26,595 bases of DNA from a virus, in the IMG/VR virus record IMGVR_UViG_3300043812_000021, positions 70,099 to 96,693 of that record; one strand, given 5' to 3'. Made by a program: the position numbers and the translations under genes. Below, in pieces: positions 25,561 through 26,595 of the stretch (the stretch's first letter is position 1; each line of letters begins with the position of its first letter). The notes under the pieces were generated by a model that was not told the DNA's origin, made no database searches, and saw only the letters and a program-made list of their open reading frames with translations.

Positions 25561-25729
25561 TGGAATGCGCCCCCAAGAATATTAAAACTAGGATAGCTGG
25601 AATAAGAGCTACAACCACGCTAATCAAACCAGTTAAAACAGAGAAAATCAAATAGAGATACAGAGTATAGCAAACACCAATTGCTACAACACCTAAGATA
25701 ACACCGCAAGCGCTTAAAAATCGTCTCAT
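25553..25729 (-). CDS. 58-aa membrane protein
   Basis: MRRFLSACGVILGVVAIGVCYTLYLYLIFSVLTGLISVVVALIPAILVLIFLGAHSIE; ATGA coupling; fills gap; not in ORF track. Confidence 0.7.
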   Translation of the reverse strand: MRRFLSACGVILGVVAIGVCYTLYLYLIFSVLTGLISVVVALIPAILVLIFLGAHSIE

Positions 25730-26247
25730 AATAAATCACCATAGACCTTTTGTCGCATTTCCTTAAAGTTCCTATAACCTACCAGTAACAATCTAATTTC
25801 ATCTAGCAAAATAAGATTAGACTGATCAAGATACCCATTTTTAATTCTGCAATGATATGCACGTTTCCTCTTATGAATCGTCTTTTCATAATTTTTGCAC
25901 ATATCTCGATAAAAATGAAGATCTCCAATTACATCTCCGTAGTTTGGATACTTAGAACTGCTAAGTATAGTATTAAAACCATATTCTTTAGTATTTGAAT
26001 TAGAAACTTTAGTAATAATCTGTTCCAAAACATTATTGAAAATATCAGAATTAAAGTTTTTTAACAAGGGATAATATGCTAAGAATGGACGAGCAATACT
26101 TGCACAGAACAAATAGCAGAACTTTCCTTGGTGCATTAATAAATAATTATAATCGTCTATTTTCTTATACAATATGTGGTGTTTTCTAAACTCATTAACA
26201 TATGCTTGATCTAAAGTATCTAAAACTTCTTTTGTGCTATTAGACAT
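25726..26247 (-). CDS. hypothetical protein
   Basis: RBS GGGTG; 173 aa. Confidence 0.75.
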   Translation of the reverse strand: MSNSTKEVLDTLDQAYVNEFRKHHILYKKIDDYNYLLMHQGKFCYLFCASIARPFLAYYPLLKNFNSDIFNNVLEQIITKVSNSNTKEYGFNTILSSSKYPNYGDVIGDLHFYRDMCKNYEKTIHKRKRAYHCRIKNGYLDQSNLILLDEIRLLLVGYRNFKEMRQKVYGDLL

Positions 26248-26398
26248 TTTTCATCACCCACCATCCGACTAAAACTATCCATATAGGAAACAAATACAAG
26301 AACCAATCGAAGTAGGTTAAAAACAGCAAGACTTCAACCAAGGTTAATCCTGCTACCACTTTATTAAAACTAAACTTTTTATTTTTTAATCGAGTCAT
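26240..26398 (-). CDS. 52-aa membrane protein
   Basis: MTRLKNKKFSFNKVVAGLTLVEVLLFLTYFDWFLYLFPIWIVLVGWWVMKNV; fills gap with short overlaps; not in ORF track. Confidence 0.65.
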   Translation of the reverse strand: MTRLKNKKFSFNKVVAGLTLVEVLLFLTYFDWFLYLFPIWIVLVGWWVMKNV

Positions 26399-26567
26399 AA
26401 ACACTTACCAACTTATCTAAGGTTTTTCGCTGAATACGGCGTAGGGTATCACTGTCCTTCTGCCAACGATAAACTAAAGTAGTAGATACACCTAACTTCT
26501 TTGACAATTCATAAGGCGTAAGTCCACTATCAAATACTAACCAATAAGCTTTTTCTAAATCATTCAT
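26379..26567 (-). CDS. Cro/XRE-like helix-turn-helix protein
   Basis: GLTPYELSKKLGVSTTLVYRWQ HTH pattern; RBS AAAGGA. Confidence 0.8.
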   Translation of the reverse strand: MNDLEKAYWLVFDSGLTPYELSKKLGVSTTLVYRWQKDSDTLRRIQRKTLDKLVSVYDSIKK

Positions 26568-26595
26568 CTAAATTATTCCTTTCTAACAAATCACA

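Noticed and set aside
1-26595. tRNA/rRNA genes
   Set aside because: No cloverleaf with T-loop and acceptor stem was recognised by eye; tRNAscan-SE was not run.

Overview
AT-rich segment of a large lytic phage genome, most consistent with a Herelleviridae (SPO1/Twort-like) phage of a Lactobacillaceae host (inference from gene content and order; no database search was run). (i) 1-9809, + strand: core-type genes, including a cluster of Ig/FN3-like virion decoration proteins, a calcineurin-like metallophosphoesterase, membrane proteins, a PD-(D/E)XK-like protein and conserved hypotheticals. (ii) ~10060-18990, + strand: a probable terminal-repeat / host-takeover module. About 20 small, often very acidic genes are mostly each preceded by a near-identical sigma-A promoter plus RBS cassette, about 20 promoter copies in all. 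Seven copies carry a conserved stem-loop with a compensatory base change, and five of these form gene-less tandem promoter units. The module also holds a 22-unit 8-bp tandem repeat and a gene-poor stretch flanked by convergent promoters. (iii) ~19290-26595, - strand: prophage-like small genes, a mosaic LPXTG surface protein, a solo-TnpB IS200/IS605-type element with recognisable ends, membrane proteins and a Cro-like HTH. Five genes show single-base frameshifts, so sequence indel errors are possible. The best candidate for an undescribed system is the repeated promoter/stem-loop cassette array, a possible gene-shuffling platform and multicopy small-RNA source.
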